A stretch of DNA of 64,000 bases from Rhizophagus irregularis. Lineage: Eukaryota. Below, piece after piece: positions 62,539 to 64,000 of this stretch. Location of the stretch: NCBI RefSeq assembly GCF_026210795.1, contig NC_089430.1, forward strand, positions 4,402,001-4,466,000, written 5' to 3'. Position 1 is the stretch's first letter; every line of letters begins with the position of its first letter. Both the position numbers and the translations under genes were made by a program. Under the pieces are notes generated by a model that saw only the letters and a list, made by a program, of their open reading frames with translations, was not told the DNA's origin and searched no databases.

Positions 62539-63936
62539 ATGAAGTTTGTTAAACTTATTTTTCGATTAATTAATCGAACTGGATCTAATAGGTGTAAAGA
62601 ATGTGATCAAAAAAATACTGGATATCAATGGTGTAATTCTTGTAATGCAAAACATTTTCAACAAGATTTTAAAAATTGGACTAGCGGTAATGATGATATT
62701 GATAAATTTATTCAAGATATTCAATTATCAGTGAATGGTTATCATAAATTATTAGAGTGGATACCATATGATAGGCTTCATGATATTGAATATATTGCAA
62801 AAGGAGGGTTTGGAATGGTATATAAAGCGAAATGGAGTGATGGTTATATTCATAGTTGGAATAATAAAAACAGAAATTGGAAAAGACTTGGTTCTAATAT
62901 GTTTGTAGCTCTGAAAAGTTTAAATAATTCAGAAAATATTACATTAGATTTTATCAATGAGGTATGCGAGTTAATTTGAACTTTTATTAATTTACTAATT
63001 TTATATTTACTTGATTCATTCACTCACTCATTCATTTATTCATTCATTTAATATTTAAGATTACATTACATCATAAAATCACTTATTATGGTAGTTCTAT
63101 CGTTAAACTTTATGGGATAACTCAAGATCCAAATACGAAAAATTATATAATGGTTTTAGATTATGCGGAACATGGAAGTTTACGAAGTTACTTAAATGAA
63201 AACTATGACAAATTAAGTTGGGATACTAAGATTAATGATTTATATTGTATTGCATTTGGACTTTATAATATTCATAAGAATGAATTAATTCATCGAGATT
63301 TACATATTGGTAATGTATTAAAGTTTCCATATTATTCCAGTATAACTGATATGGGATTATGTAAACCTGCAGATTATAAAGCATCAGAAATTGGATCAAA
63401 TAAAATATATGGTGTTTTACCTTATATTGCTCCTGAAGTTTTGAGAGGACAAAATTACACCAAAGCTTCTGATATTTATAGTTTTGGTATAATTATGTAT
63501 GAAGTAATTTCTGGATTACCTCCTTATCATGATGTAAGCCATGATGAAAATTTAGCGATAAAAATTTGTCAAGGACTTAGGCCAAGGTTCAATTTTAAGG
63601 TCCCTAAATCATTTGTGAATTTGATTAAAAAATGTTTAGATGCAAATTCATTAAATCGACCAACGGCAGAAGAAATTATAGAAATTTTGGATAAATGGAA
63701 TGATGAACTTACTAATAATCAATCAGAATTAAACAGTGAAATCAGAGAAGCAGAAGAAATCAACAACAATAATTTATCAACTGGAAATACACTTTTAACT
63801 GATTTATCATATGAAACACATCCTGAAGCTACTTATACAAGTAGATTGCTTAATTTTAATAATCTTCCTGAACCAGTAAATTATGATGATTATTATGATG
63901 AACAAGATGATAAGATTACGAGCGTGAGATTATCAG
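62539..63936 (+). CDS. TKL-type protein kinase, paralogue of 40054-41496; exons 62539-62961 and 63060-63936, with the 3' end probably beyond the window
   Basis: IAKGGFGMVY, VALKSL, HRDLHIGN, DMGL and YIAPE. Intron 62962-63059 is at the same position as in the paralogues. A donor lies at 63937. Confidence 0.92.
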
Positions 63937-64000
63937 GTACATAATTAACTTTAAAATATATACAAATTAGTTATAAAAAAAAGGCGCTAATGAATTTATT

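Overview
Strongly AT-rich eukaryotic DNA with short GT-AG introns. The gene content points, by inference, to an arbuscular mycorrhizal fungus (Glomeromycotina, Rhizophagus-like): expanded tyrosine-kinase-like (TKL) kinases, BTB-BACK-TLDc proteins, Crinkler-like genes, an AIG1-like GTPase and a solitary 5S rRNA gene. The first ~26 kb is almost gene-free. It is dominated by a direct segmental duplication (~3.66-12.47 kb vs ~19.57-25.41 kb), Helitron-like A/T-rich modules, MITEs and transposase remnants. The rest is a birth-and-death cluster of kinase, BTB and Crinkler-like genes and pseudogenes; one kinase is split by a 1497-bp CCC...GGG transposon. The most unusual structure is a ~2-kb non-coding element present three times (3692-5910 +, 19610-21844 +, 34468-36400 -). 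Each copy has a promoter-like head, a hairpin-repeat leader and a polarised array of 9-11 conserved ~82-bp double-hairpin cores joined by a small ordered set of linkers, followed by a conserved TACTAAC branch point and acceptor. It is not a CRISPR array and its function is unknown. All alignments and folds were done by eye.
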